A stretch of 51,355 bases of DNA. Origin: Folioceros fuciformis. Its lineage: Eukaryota. The DNA lies in contig JBNGIO010004527.1 of NCBI GenBank assembly GCA_049999805.1, positions 40,470 through 91,824 of the forward strand, given 5' to 3'. Within the stretch, counting starts at the first letter, position 1. Every line of letters starts with the position of its first letter. Below the pieces are notes generated by a model, which made no database searches, had not been told where the DNA came from, and saw nothing but the letters and a program-made list of their open reading frames with translations. The translations under genes were made by a program, and so were the position numbers. Positions 11,401-25,403 of this stretch are shown in pieces.

Positions 11401-14400
11401 GCTGGAAAATTATTTGAAAGGTGAGAATTGGAGGAACTGGAACCTATTACCCAGGCTGTTTAGTGTGTACTGTACCTTGCTATTGCTGAATTGGTTGCCA
11501 TGGTACGTGCAGAAATGTGTCTTACGAATATCAATGCCTTAGCCAAATACGGAATGATACACACGGATGAGTACGGCTACGTTCTCAATCCCCTAGGTTC
11601 GTGTTTCCAGATTGTCAAGCATGTAGTTGTCGTGCGGAGGGTGCATGTGCCCATGAGCAGGTAACCCGTCAGTTCTCAGCCTAAAATCTTGAGAGGATGC
11701 AGAACCTGGAAGACTTATGACCAAATTTTACTTGAAATTTGCCACTATGAAGACCATTGTGAACACTACAGACGGAAGCTCGATGGCGGACCTTCTACGC
11801 GTGCTGACGAAGGCCGAGGAACTGTCCTGTATGTCCAAATGTCTGACAGTCTAGCATCTTGTTGGCAAAAGTACCTTTCTCTTTTGGGATAGCAGACGGC
11901 GGTTGTCAGGAATCCCCAGGTCTCGGATGGTTGTAGACATTTTACATTTGGCAGTAGTTCATGTCCAATATGTTGCGTGTCATTTACTTGCAACTATGTG
12001 CACAGCCTTCGCTTGTCTAGTCACAGTTTACTAACTTATGTTTCTGACACCAGGGATCAAGTTACGCCGCCATGAAAAGAAGCTGTTGAACTCCATCAAC
12101 ACGGACACTAGTGGAAGGATAAAATTTCCTGTATTGGGTCCCAATGGCAAGGTTAAGAAACGGATTCAGTCGGATGCTGAGAAAATTTTTGTTCTCACAA
12201 ATGATGCCCTGACTGGAGATCCTGTAGTCCAAGATTTCACGATGACCCAGGTTCGTTCCCATCGCTTAATCAGGGGGAATAGCCATAGAGACTGCCTGAT
12301 TATGCGTTGTATCTGAGATATGATGTATCACGTTTCAGGATGTGAATGGCATATGCTCGAATGGATCAAGAATTGTTCGCTGTATGAGCGAGTATTTCAA
12401 GCTGAAAAGGAGATTTAAAGAGACCGTGAGTTCACTCAAGCTTGCGAAGTGCCTACACCAAAAGCTCTGGGAGGGCAGCCCATACCAGCTGCGGCAATTA
12501 CATGGAATTGGCGTCGTCACAGCCAAGGTTTGAGAATTGTGCTTACCTTCAGCTTCATACTCCGTTGTGAACGGTTGCCCTGACGTTTGATAGGTGTGCA
12601 GGCTCTTGTGAATGCAGGTATCGACACTTTTGAGAAGTTTGCTGAGGCTGATCCACGAAGGATTGAAGCCTTAACTAGTCGAAAGTTTCCGTTTGGAAAT
12701 CAAATAAAAGAGTCACTCGATGGGTTGCCTCCCAAAATTGCGATGAAGATGGAACTCGTAAGCCAAAGTATGAGAAGTGGAAAGGGGAAGACTGAAGTGA
12801 AAGTCTCTCTCACTCGTGAATCACAGAACTCCTCCTCCCGGCGTCACTTTGCCGATTTGGTAAACTCGATTATTCCAGAGAGAGATGTTGTTGTTATTAG
12901 TGTAATATGAGAATCCTTCACTCCGATTAGGGTACACGCCTATGACTAAATACGTGTTTGAAGTACGCCTTCGCCTTCACTTGCAGATCGTAGGAAGCGA
13001 GCAAGACAACAAAATTCTGTTTGCTGAGAAGATCAGGTACCTACATGCATGACCTAGGTTCAGATTCCAGATACGTGCTGATTTGGGAAACGCACACCGT
13101 GACTCGTCGTTACAGAGGATTTTCTCACTTGTCTGAGCTTGTTGTCACAGACTTGAACATTTCCCGAGGTACCCATCGGCTGCGCTGTTCATTATGCTTG
13201 CATGAATTTCAAGCATCGACACCAGTTACATCCTAACAGATACTAGTGTTGCCCAATGGCTATTTTGTCCCATACGACCTGCAGCCCCTATGTGACCACC
13301 ATAAACAAGCTAAGAAATGAGCTGGGCGTACTCACTGAGCTGAGTGCAGTGGTTATATCAGAGGAATATGGTATCCTTCTTGACTGGTCCTTCCATATGA
13401 AACTGATTTGCAGCTGTTCGAGAATCTGACCTGAAGTGTCGAAGAGCAGTTGGTGTTGACGTGGTCGACAAGCTCATCTTGGCAAATCACGAGAACAGAA
13501 TAAATGGACAACCTGGGAAAGTTATAGAAACACGGACGTCTTGTTCAAAGACCAATGAGAAAACAGCTGATTTGTCCTCATGCAAGAGTTTGATTGCTGA
13601 GCCTATTGTCTCGTTTACGGAAGACTTGCGGCAAGAGAATGGTTTCGGCGACGTAAATCCCCTGGCCATATCAGAACCAAACCTGAACGATGGGGTACCA
13701 GCTAAATCTGCTGAGTAAGAGGTTTATCCAAGTCGTGCCCCTAGGTTGTACCCTCTATCTAGTCTTTCGGAGAGCTGGTCCAACATGATTCAGAAGCTAT
13801 TCCTTGCCCTGTTTGGATTTCAGATCTGCGTGCGGCCAGCATCCTCAAGATGGAGAGACAAGCAGGGGCAAGTTCGCTTCCATGGGCTGAATAGTACAAT
13901 CTATACAACATTCTCAAACCATTGGGGTTTCCCAGCTTACAACGAGCAACTTTGGATGCAGATGAGGGGAAACTCCTTGCCACCGGCTTTTCACAGTCCA
14001 GGGATCGGCCAATCACATCCGGTGGGGACTCTATCTTCGACCACATACGAAAGAAAGCAAAGACATTCCAGCCCAATTCTGCTCTGCCCTATCGGACTGC
14101 TATCGGTGGTACAGAGAGTGCATCAACTCGGCAACTACCACAGATTCCCACAGTCATTCCACAAGAAACACGCAGTGTGATGTTAGCCACAAAATCCAAA
14201 GCCAGTAACGGGGCTTTACTCGAAGGTGATCCAGCAGCGGAATCAGCATCTAAATGTGCCAGCACGGCCAGAGCACAGGCATTGATCCAGGGGCCGACAG
14301 GAGTGGCATCTGAATGGCACAGCCTGCAAAGGACGACGCAAACATGCAGAGGAGCCGCACAGGGACCAGTCTCTTCCACAACTGAGCCTTCAGATGCCAA

Positions 14401-14776
14401 CCAGTGGGCTCAAAGCTACATCGATGAGGATGAGGAACTGAATGCCTATGCTCTCAACTACAGAAGTCCACCCAGGTCGCCCCGCAATGATGCAGGGTTA
14501 AGAGTTCCTAGCGACGATAGGAACGAGCCACCAGTTGCACAGTCGGTAGCCAGCTTCAGCAGCTGCCAGCAACACGATTCTCAGACGTACGTGCTGCTAG
14601 CTTCTCAACATCGCCTGGCTTCCTGTGTACGTGCAACCACTGACCTGCTGGCAACGTGTGATCTGGCGCGCAGGAGCGCGGAGCTCCCGGGACCCGACCT
14701 GACTGGGCTTCCACCATGGGACATGAGAGGAACCCTAGTGGACGGACTCAGCATTTTTTCTCTCCTTTGCCAGTAA
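8438..14776 (+). CDS. MER3: Meiotic DExH-box DNA helicase MER3 / ROCK-N-ROLLERS (multi-exon)
   Basis: Spliced reading METCLDPDALKTVSFLPPPFQTIFKFRYFNPVQSE, Walker A SAPTGSGKT, DEVH, SAT, TLAQGVNLPA, QMCGRAGRPQF, Sec63-like region (EKIFVLTNDALTGDP, LHQKLW), SIFDHIRKKAK and terminal SIFSLL. More than 20 small GT-AG exons; the boundaries at 13715-13935 are uncertain. Confidence 0.93.
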
Positions 14777-15151
14777 CATTTCCTGAGTCCCTGAACTACC
14801 TACCCCACTCGCCAGAGTGGCCTCTCCGCTGGTGACGAAAGACGCGCAGCCACATCCACATCGAGTGGCCTGGGGGGCCGCCAGCGTGGCCAGCACGCCG
14901 GCGAAACCAGCCCTCGTTGAACACAAGGTGGCGAAAGTGGATCTCCGATTCTCTTCATCCTACAAAGTTAGTCAGACGAGGTGTTCGCTCGAGGTGGCTG
15001 CACGGCAGCCGCATACACCTGCTCCTCCAGGATGCATTTGCATCTAGGCAAATCCGAATCCGAAACTTGCTTTCCTCCCGCCCCGTTTCTCTTGGAGGCC
15101 CCTTCCCTCGAATTGAAGCACGCCGATGTGTGAGGTTCAGTGAAGGCAGGC

Positions 15152-18100
15152 ATGGCCGGCACCGCGCTGCGCACCTGCATTGGTGTGGACCGCGTCCGGG
15201 TTTCCCTGTCCTCGGACGCGTCCTCGCCCCTGCCCCTGCCGCTGGCGGTGCGCCCGCGATGTGCCAGGCGTAGGGTGGTGACAGTGTGCGCAGGGGCCGG
15301 CGAGGATACCGAGCAGGCGCAGGTGCAGGTGCAGGGGCAGGCGCAGGTGCAGGCTCAGGATGTGGAAGCGAGCGGCAGCAACAGCAGCAGCAGCGGCAGC
15401 AGCAGCAGTAGCAGCAGTGGACAGAAGGTGGTGAGCCTGAGCCTGGACGATGTGAATCCCATCGGGCTGGGGCGGCGCTCCCGGGAGCTCTTCGACGACG
15501 TCTGGCGCAGGCTGACGGAGCTAGGACAGCTGGGCTCCCCCCGCTCCGGTCCCGATGGCTACGAGCTGGAGAATGTGCTGGTGGGCGGCCCCATGTGCGA
15601 CTTCTCAATTCCCAACGCCGAGCTCACCACCGTGCTGGTGGCCGGCGCCACCGGCAAGGTGGGCCGCATTCTCGTCCGGAAGCTCCTCCTGCGAGGCTAC
15701 AAAGTCAAGGTCCATTTCCATACCCTCCCATTTTGGTTGGGCCCTAGCTTTGTAAAGCCTTCACCTTCACCTTCACCTTCACCTTCACCTTCACCTTCAC
15801 CTTCACCTGCCATTGGGATGGGGACTGAGTTGTTCGGAAATTGGGGGAAATTGATCAGGCCCTGGTGAGGAAGGATGATCCCGACACCCTGGAGCAGCTC
15901 CCGCGATCCGTGCAGATAGTGGTGGGTGATCTGGGCGACCCCGCCACCCTCAAGGACACGGTTTTGGGGTGCAGCAAGATCATATGCTGCGCCACAGCAC
16001 GCACCTCGCTCACCGCGGATCTGGTGCGCGTCGATAACCAGGGCGTGCGTAACCTCTCCAAGGCCTTCCAGGTACCCCACGCCTCCCTCCTCCACATCAG
16101 CAGGTGAAATGGCCGCATCTTGGCATTGTATTGCCGCTGCGTCCCTAAGCTTCCTCACCAAGTCGGACCGGGGGCCCCGCTGCTTGCCCTATTTCGTCTC
16201 CAACGCAGGATTACAACCACAAGTTGGCGCAGCTTCGATCCGGGCGGAGCAGCAAGAGTAAGCTGCTGCTGGCCAAGTTTAGCCGCGAGAACGAGCTCGA
16301 GGGCTGCGAGCTGCGGGAGGGAACTTACTTCACAGACGACATTGCTGTCAAGTACGATGGGGGAATGGATGCCAATCTGGAGGTCGGGGACGACGGAAAT
16401 GCCGTCTTCTCAGGTAGGCTTCGCTCTGCACTCGCCCTCCCCAATGTCCATGCGGGTGATGCTTCACGTCCTTCTTTCGTGACATGCTCCCTCACTTCCA
16501 GGTTACGTCTTCACTCGCGGTGGTTACGTGGAGTTCGTCAAGAAGCTTGTCCTTCCGCCCGGTTTCACTCTCGACAGGTCACTGCTTCTTGTTTTTCTAT
16601 TTTCCTTCTTCCTTGGCCATTATGACGTAACCCTATGGTGAACGAACGAAAATTTGCGTCGGCTTCCTCTTGCTTGCTCACGGCCTCGCGGGGAGTTGGC
16701 AGATACGATGGTTTGGTGCTGTCCGTCTGCGGGGATGGCAAGTCATACACACTCTTGCTGGAGGCGGGTGCTGCGGATGGCAGCTCCCCCAGCATCTCCT
16801 ATTTTTCTCGATTCTCAACTCGGTTCGGTTACAGTAGGGTGGGTCACATCCTACCCTTGGCTTCCTTCATTCCATCGTCCTTCAAACCTGACCATTTTGT
16901 CCTCGGAAACTTGAGCTCTTGGCGCTGGTTCTGCTTGTCCGCCAACAGATAAGGATACCTTTTTCGTCGTTTCGGCCGGTGAATCCAGCGGATCCTGCGC
17001 TGGATCCGTTCCTGGTTCATACTCTAGTCATTCGATTTGAGCCACGAAAACAGGTAGGTTTACTCAGTCTGGATTGCCTTTCCTCTGTCAAAGGTGCATC
17101 TCTGCTGTCCGGAGGCGATCATGTTAGTGTGCGTTCAGAGGGCTCAACCCGGGAGAGCAGCTCCAGCAGCAGCAAACGGAGCTCCCTCAGCGGCAGGAGC
17201 AGCAGTACGGGACGTGAACAGTTTCAAGCTTGGTCTCGACTACATCAAAGCTTTACCAGTACGTCTTTTTGGAAGACCTATCATGGGGTGTTGTTGTCTT
17301 GCATGTGCTGAGCTTCCCAGTTGTCCCACCCTCTCTCTGTCTCTCTCTCTCTTGTACTTAACGGGCCCCTGGGCTCCTGCAGGGCGGCCAGGAAACCGAC
17401 TTCATCCTGGTGTCGTGTTCTGGAGCTGGTGTAGACCTCGCCAGACGGGAACAAGTCCTGAAGGCTAAACAGGTTTGTTTGAGTTTGTGGGCAAAGGCAA
17501 CCCTTGGTCTGGCAGAGGTGAGGTACCCGACCCGGGTCATCTCGGTTGTGTTGGAGTCTAATGATGTCCTTCGGTCCGTCGGGCTGTGTTTTTGGTTGTA
17601 GGCTGGGGAGGCGGCGTTGAGGAACTCTGGTCTCGGATACACTATCATCAGACCCGGGCCACTTCAGGTGGGAATCTGGCGGGGCTCATTGGGGTCTCGT
17701 CTACTCCGCGTCGGATGCGGTGGTCACCGAACCTCGTTACTAACGTCTGTCGGGTTTGTGGTCGCGCAGGAAGAGCCTGGAGGTCAACGAGCCCTTGTTT
17801 TCGATCAAGGTGACCGCATCAGTCAGGTTGGCCTCTGTTATGTGAGGCGTATGCTGTCGAGGCGTGGCGTGGCCTGGCCTCGCCGGGCTGTGAGATGCCC
17901 CCATTTTAACTGCATCCTCTCCCGGGTGGGGTTGGGTGAATTGTTGCAGAGCATCAGCTGTGCCGATGTGGCTGACGTGTGTGTGAAGGCCCTGCACAAC
18001 CCAACGGCCAGGAACCGAAGCTTTGACGTAAGTGGCAGCCTGAGTTTTGCAATTTACATGTAGCATTACGGCCGATTTGGCAGAGATTTTGACGCAGCAG

Positions 18101-18405
18101 AGTGGGGTCGGTGCTGTTGTCTTCAGGTGTGCTACGAGTACTCATTGGAGTCTGGTCAAGGGCTTTACGAACTGGTACGTCGCTGACCACTGTCGTCACT
18201 GCGAGTCTTTGTTATGTATGTGTGTACACATGTAGTTGCTTAGGATTCTGGCGAGTGAATCTCAACCACTTTCACCACGGGTCCAATGTGGATCATCTGC
18301 GTGCTGTAGTTCACTAATGTTCGGCCCGTACAGGTTGCACATTTGCCCGACAAATCCAACAACTACTTGACTCCAGCTCTGGCTGTCCTTGAGAAGAACA
18401 CGTAG
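15152..18405 (+). CDS. HCF173: HIGH CHLOROPHYLL FLUORESCENCE 173 (atypical SDR/NAD(P)-binding fold with CIA30-like insert; psbA translation factor)
   Basis: Transit peptide, then SLDDVNPIGLGRRSRELFDDVWR, GPMCDF, VLVAGATGKVGRILVRKLLLRGY, AQLRSGRSSKSKLLLAKF, IIRPGPLQEEPGGQRALVFDQG, and C-terminus VAHLPDKSNNYLTPALAVLEKNT* (TAG 18403-18405). Confidence 0.93.
15758..15805. repeat. (CCTTCA)8 microsatellite in HCF173 intron 1
   Basis: Perfect hexamer run read directly. Confidence 0.95.
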
Positions 18406-19014
18406 TTTCCCGACCCGACTGAGGAGTCGTGGATCGTTTGTATACATACTGTCTGTACATTTTACCGTGACGCAGATGAGCTGGGTTTGGCTGAGTGAAG
18501 GTACACAACACCCCCGCCACCCGTCAGTGAGGTCTTGTAGCCTGTAACGCGGATATGCATCAACATTCTTTCTTCTTTACTGCACGCGCTGAGGCAAATT
18601 CTCAGCAGGTTCCAGAAGTGTCTGTTACCCGTCGGTTGATAGAATCGCAGAAAGGCGTCGCCTCAGTTGTGCCCTTGTCCGGCATGAGAGATCCTGTCAG
18701 ATTGTATCCATCCCGGTGCCATACTTGTGTGATCAATCACAGCCTCTGACGACCCCTGCGCCGTCCCCTATGGACGCATGTTATTCTTGATGAGCTGCAG
18801 ATGTGAGTGGGTCCCTCGGGCTTGTCCCAAGCCTAAGTATCCGGATTTGGCAGGCGGATTTGGCAGGCCCAAGAATCGGCCTTCCTTTTGTCGCTCTCGA
18901 ACTGTGTGTCCTCAGCGTTACGCTACTGCAAGTTAGCACAACAACAGGCCCTTACTTAAGCTTCAACATACCACCAGGTTGCTCCCTTTCTCCTCAATTG
19001 TACCTCCCAGCAAA

Positions 19015-21665
<2,651 letters not shown>

Positions 21666-23902
21666 TCTAGTGTGGTATATCATAGCCTACGTGTCTCTAG
21701 TGCTCAGCAACGTAGCAATGCAGCATCCTAGACTAGCACATTCCGTCTTTCCTATGGTCCGAGAGACTGAGCAGCAGCCAGCAGCAGCCAGCAGCAGCCG
21801 CCAACAGCCAGCAGCAGCAGGAGCAGCAGCAGCACCGGCAAGAATGTTCGTTAGTGCATTTAGGTCACCCTAAGATTCTAGCCCGATCCGCCCCCAAGCT
21901 CTGCAACTGAACTGTGAATTGTGGACAAGCGTGTGGTTTGGTGTGATATGAAGATGAGAGCAAATTATTGTGGCAGAGATGAGCACTGGAGCTGTACAGT
22001 ACCAGCCCCCGGTGTCGCCCCCGCTCCCTTCCTGGTGGTTGACATCCTGAAGCCTGGAAGAAAAGCTGCAAGCAGGTGCCTGTGGGGTGGGACGATCTGG
22101 ACAATCTATCCATGATCCGTTCCCCAAGCCTTGCTCTGGCCAGTTCCAGGCTCTCCAGGCTTTCTCAACTATCCAAACCCACAATGCGCAGGACAAAACG
22201 CATCATCCACGTTCAGGAAGTCCAGCACGCGGCTGCGATGCCGAGGAATCAGGGCGGCTCGCCCCTGAGGCATCAACTACCCAGAAACATACACAAGAAG
22301 CCTCCAATTATTCGTATTCCTCACGTGGCACACCAAGCACGTCTCATTGTTTATTCGTTTCTTGAGAACCACTGTTTTGCCTCGGTGCGCGGCCCATGAT
22401 TGGCCACGACTGAACACAAGTAGCGGAGGTCCAGGCCCCAGGGAAAGGGAAGGTGGAGATGGTGATCCCATGCGCAGGAGACGCAGAGAGATCGGGATGG
22501 GGACCTGGCCCTGACCCTGACCCTGACCCTGGATCTGGACCTGGACGAGCACCCAGACCCAGTCCACGCTGGGCCGCACCGACGCGCGCCATTCGAATCG
22601 CATGAACCCCCCGGAGTTCATGCAAAGCTCGATTCTCGCCTGCTCGTTTCTTGTCACGACTCGTCACCGAACCACCTACCCGACTCGGTGAGCCTGCATT
22701 CGGCAACTCCTCGCGTGGCCTCACTTCACCTCGACTCAGGTTAAGCCAGCCAGATACATAGATATAACTATGAAATCTTGGTCCCAGTCGTTACGATAGG
22801 TTCTGTTTCACGGAAACGATCCAATGACATGACGTAACGGAGCTACTGGAAAAGAACAGAATACAACGGAACAGCAGACAAGAAAGAGAAAAGACCAGAA
22901 CAGTTCAGTACAGTGGAATACTACTGTACAGAATAGCACAGCGCAGCGCAGCGCGGTGTCTCGCTTTACCTGCAGCAGCAACAAATTGCAACAACCAGGC
23001 CCTTCAATTCGGCCACCCACCGATTAAGCAGCAGAGGTACCCGGTACTGCTCTGCCGCCAGTTGCAGCCTTACTGCCAGGACGCACAATTACGGTTCCTG
23101 ATAAATGGGAGCGGGGATGGGAAGATGAGAGCCGCGCGTCATAATGCATGGCTGTCGCTTCCCCACCGACTGCTCGCCTCGCAACAGCATTTCTTCGGGC
23201 ACCATGGATGCAATGCTGTCGTCCCAACGTTCTTCGTCTCATGACAACACTGTACGTCGACGTGTGGGAAGTAGTTCTGCCAAATATGGCAGAGGCCAGG
23301 GAGTGAGTGTGACCGTGAGCGTGAGCGTGAGCGTGAGCGTGAGTGTGTCGAGGGAGTTGGGCTGGGCCTGCCAGCCGGCCAGCCTGGGCCCCGCGATGAC
23401 ATGGCACTGGACAGTACATGCTCCTAGTCCCCGGCTCATCAACAGGCCTGGCCGGGAAATTGTGGTAGGTGTGGTGGCATTGCTACCGGCGCCATTCCAG
23501 TGTCCAGCGTTCTGATATCCGGGGTGCGACAGGTGTGGTGGGAGCGGCCTTCCCTCCTTCCCGCTAACAGCTCTCCGGCTTACTGGTCACGGTGCGTCCT
23601 GCGGGGAGTGGAGCAGGCCTGTATAAGAAGCTCTGCAATCAGATTCCGTCTCTCAGAATTGCGCTCTGTGGAGAATCGGTGCTGCTTGGAGCCGCGCCGG
23701 CTTGGTTTGGAGGCAAGTCCGGGCAGAGCTGAGCAGCGCACTTGTACTTCTGCTCCCTGGCGTCGGGAGGGAGCAAGGTTTGGAAGGGGGAGATGTGAGG
23801 TTGTGTTGCCGGCGTGATCCTTAGACGGTCGCGGATCGAGAGCGAGAGCTGTCAACAGATTCCTCTTCGGGAGCAGGTGGAGCTTGGAGACTCGGACGTA
23901 GG

Positions 23903-24262
23903 ATGGGCCGGAAGCTGAGATTCAGTATGAGATGGCAAGCAACGATGGACAGAGTACGAAGGCGTGCGGAGTACGTGAAGCTGGAGAGCGGGAGTGACGC
24001 TCCCTTCAAGCAGAAACCGGCGAAGATGAAGACGCTGAGGCTGGGAGCGGGAGCTGCGAGGATGAGCTGCGGGATACCGAGGCTCCTCATCCGTATCCGC
24101 ATCCGCATCCGACCTCTGGTGCTGTTCAGGCGCATGCGTCACTCCTATGAGAAATTCATGATCAACGTAGCTGCCAGAGGCGGCTTGAACCACCTCGTGA
24201 TGTCTAACGCCGCGGTCTACAGCGTCGGGCTCCCCGGCACGGGAGTTCCAATTCTCTTCTGA
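23903..24262 (+). CDS. Small basic uncharacterised plant protein (about 105-119 aa; start could be 23903, 23927 or 23945)
   Basis: Intronless, GC3-rich ORF; RRRAEYVKLE...LRL...RIRIRPLVLFRRMRHSYEKFM resembles small plant proteins with a Y-x-R/K-L ... L-x-R-x-R-D-x-Y-x-x-x-M pattern; TATAAG about 280 bp upstream. Confidence 0.6.
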   Translation: MGRKLRFSMRWQATMDRVRRRAEYVKLESGSDAPFKQKPAKMKTLRLGAGAARMSCGIPRLLIRIRIRIRPLVLFRRMRHSYEKFMINVAARGGLNHLVMSNAAVYSVGLPGTGVPILF

Positions 24263-25403
24263 TCCACGTGACTACCGCTGGACCGATCCATGTGGAAATG
24301 GTGTCTAACAGAGGACACAATTTTGGAGTGCAGCTGCTCAAGACGAGTCTTGTCAACCCTGCGACCTTCGTCTTCGTTCCTGCACTCGTGGTGTCTGCCG
24401 TAACGTTGCTGAGATGCGGGATTGGCTATGGAGCAGAACAAGGGAAGTCGCTGCAAGCTGGTGCATGCAAGCCTACCTCATCGATGCTTGCATTTTTCAT
24501 CAGCAATTGAGGCAATTTTCCACGTTTGAGTGCGCTTCCATTTGCCCGCACCTGCTGTCGATCTTTCCACCAGAATCGACGTTGTTCCAACTCTCAGGAA
24601 ATTGTCTGGTTATTACTCCCCGTAATGCTTCTTTGTTGGCATGAGCGTCACGGAGAAGTTGCTCCATATGTACCGTGTGACTATACTATTTTCTTAACGT
24701 CTTTGTTGTACAGTTGTTCCAAGGTGGACCAGGTTGGCAGGGCCTTCCTTATTTGGAAGAGCTTCTGCTTCTGCACAAAACCGTTCTGTAATAATAGTAA
24801 TTCCTTTTGAGCTCTGTCTCCGGCCACCGCAAGGCTTAAGATAGCTCGGGCAGTGTCGTTCAAGTGAAACCGTTTTCTGTTTATCAAAAATATTTGCAGA
24901 CCCTAAACCCTAAGGATATAAATATTCTTTAAGGTTTAACCCACAAGCCCGTCGTTTCTGGCCCTATTGGGGCGCCAGCTTTTTCATGTGGCGGATTTGG
25001 CAGCCCGAACTTCTGAGCAATGTATCCAAGCATGATGCTAATGCACTACCAGAATTTAGGGTTTAGGCCTTGTGGGGTTCATGGAGTTGCCTAGGCTTGA
25101 ATATTTTTGAATACCCATGAACCTTGATGTTTTCCCGACGTGATTTTCCTCCACCGCAAGATCCAAAACTCCTAACGGTTTGGAATAATAGAACTAAACT
25201 AGTAAATTTAAATTAAACATTTTGAAATCATAAAACAATATGATACTATTAGTGTGGAAAACATGGTACTGTTCTGAGGTTACGTAGACTTTGAATGCCC
25301 GAAGCTGTGGAGCGACTCCACCGCCCAGGAAAGATGCTTTTCCCGTGCAACGGCAACTTGGTTCTTACCTTTGGACAAGGTGAGCCATGTCGACAGTGCT
25401 CCG

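Noticed and set aside
13860..13935. GC-AG intron in MER3 (G|GCAAGT)
   Set aside because: That donor gives the wrong phase for the conserved SIFDHIRKKAK frame; a nearby GT donor fits better. Unresolved without cDNA.
21700..23900. Many short ORFs and possible ncRNA between CKX and the small protein
   Set aside because: The ORFs are driven by simple repeats (GCA, CCCTGA, GTGAGC); no convincing miRNA-like hairpin or snoRNA box pair was visible by eye.
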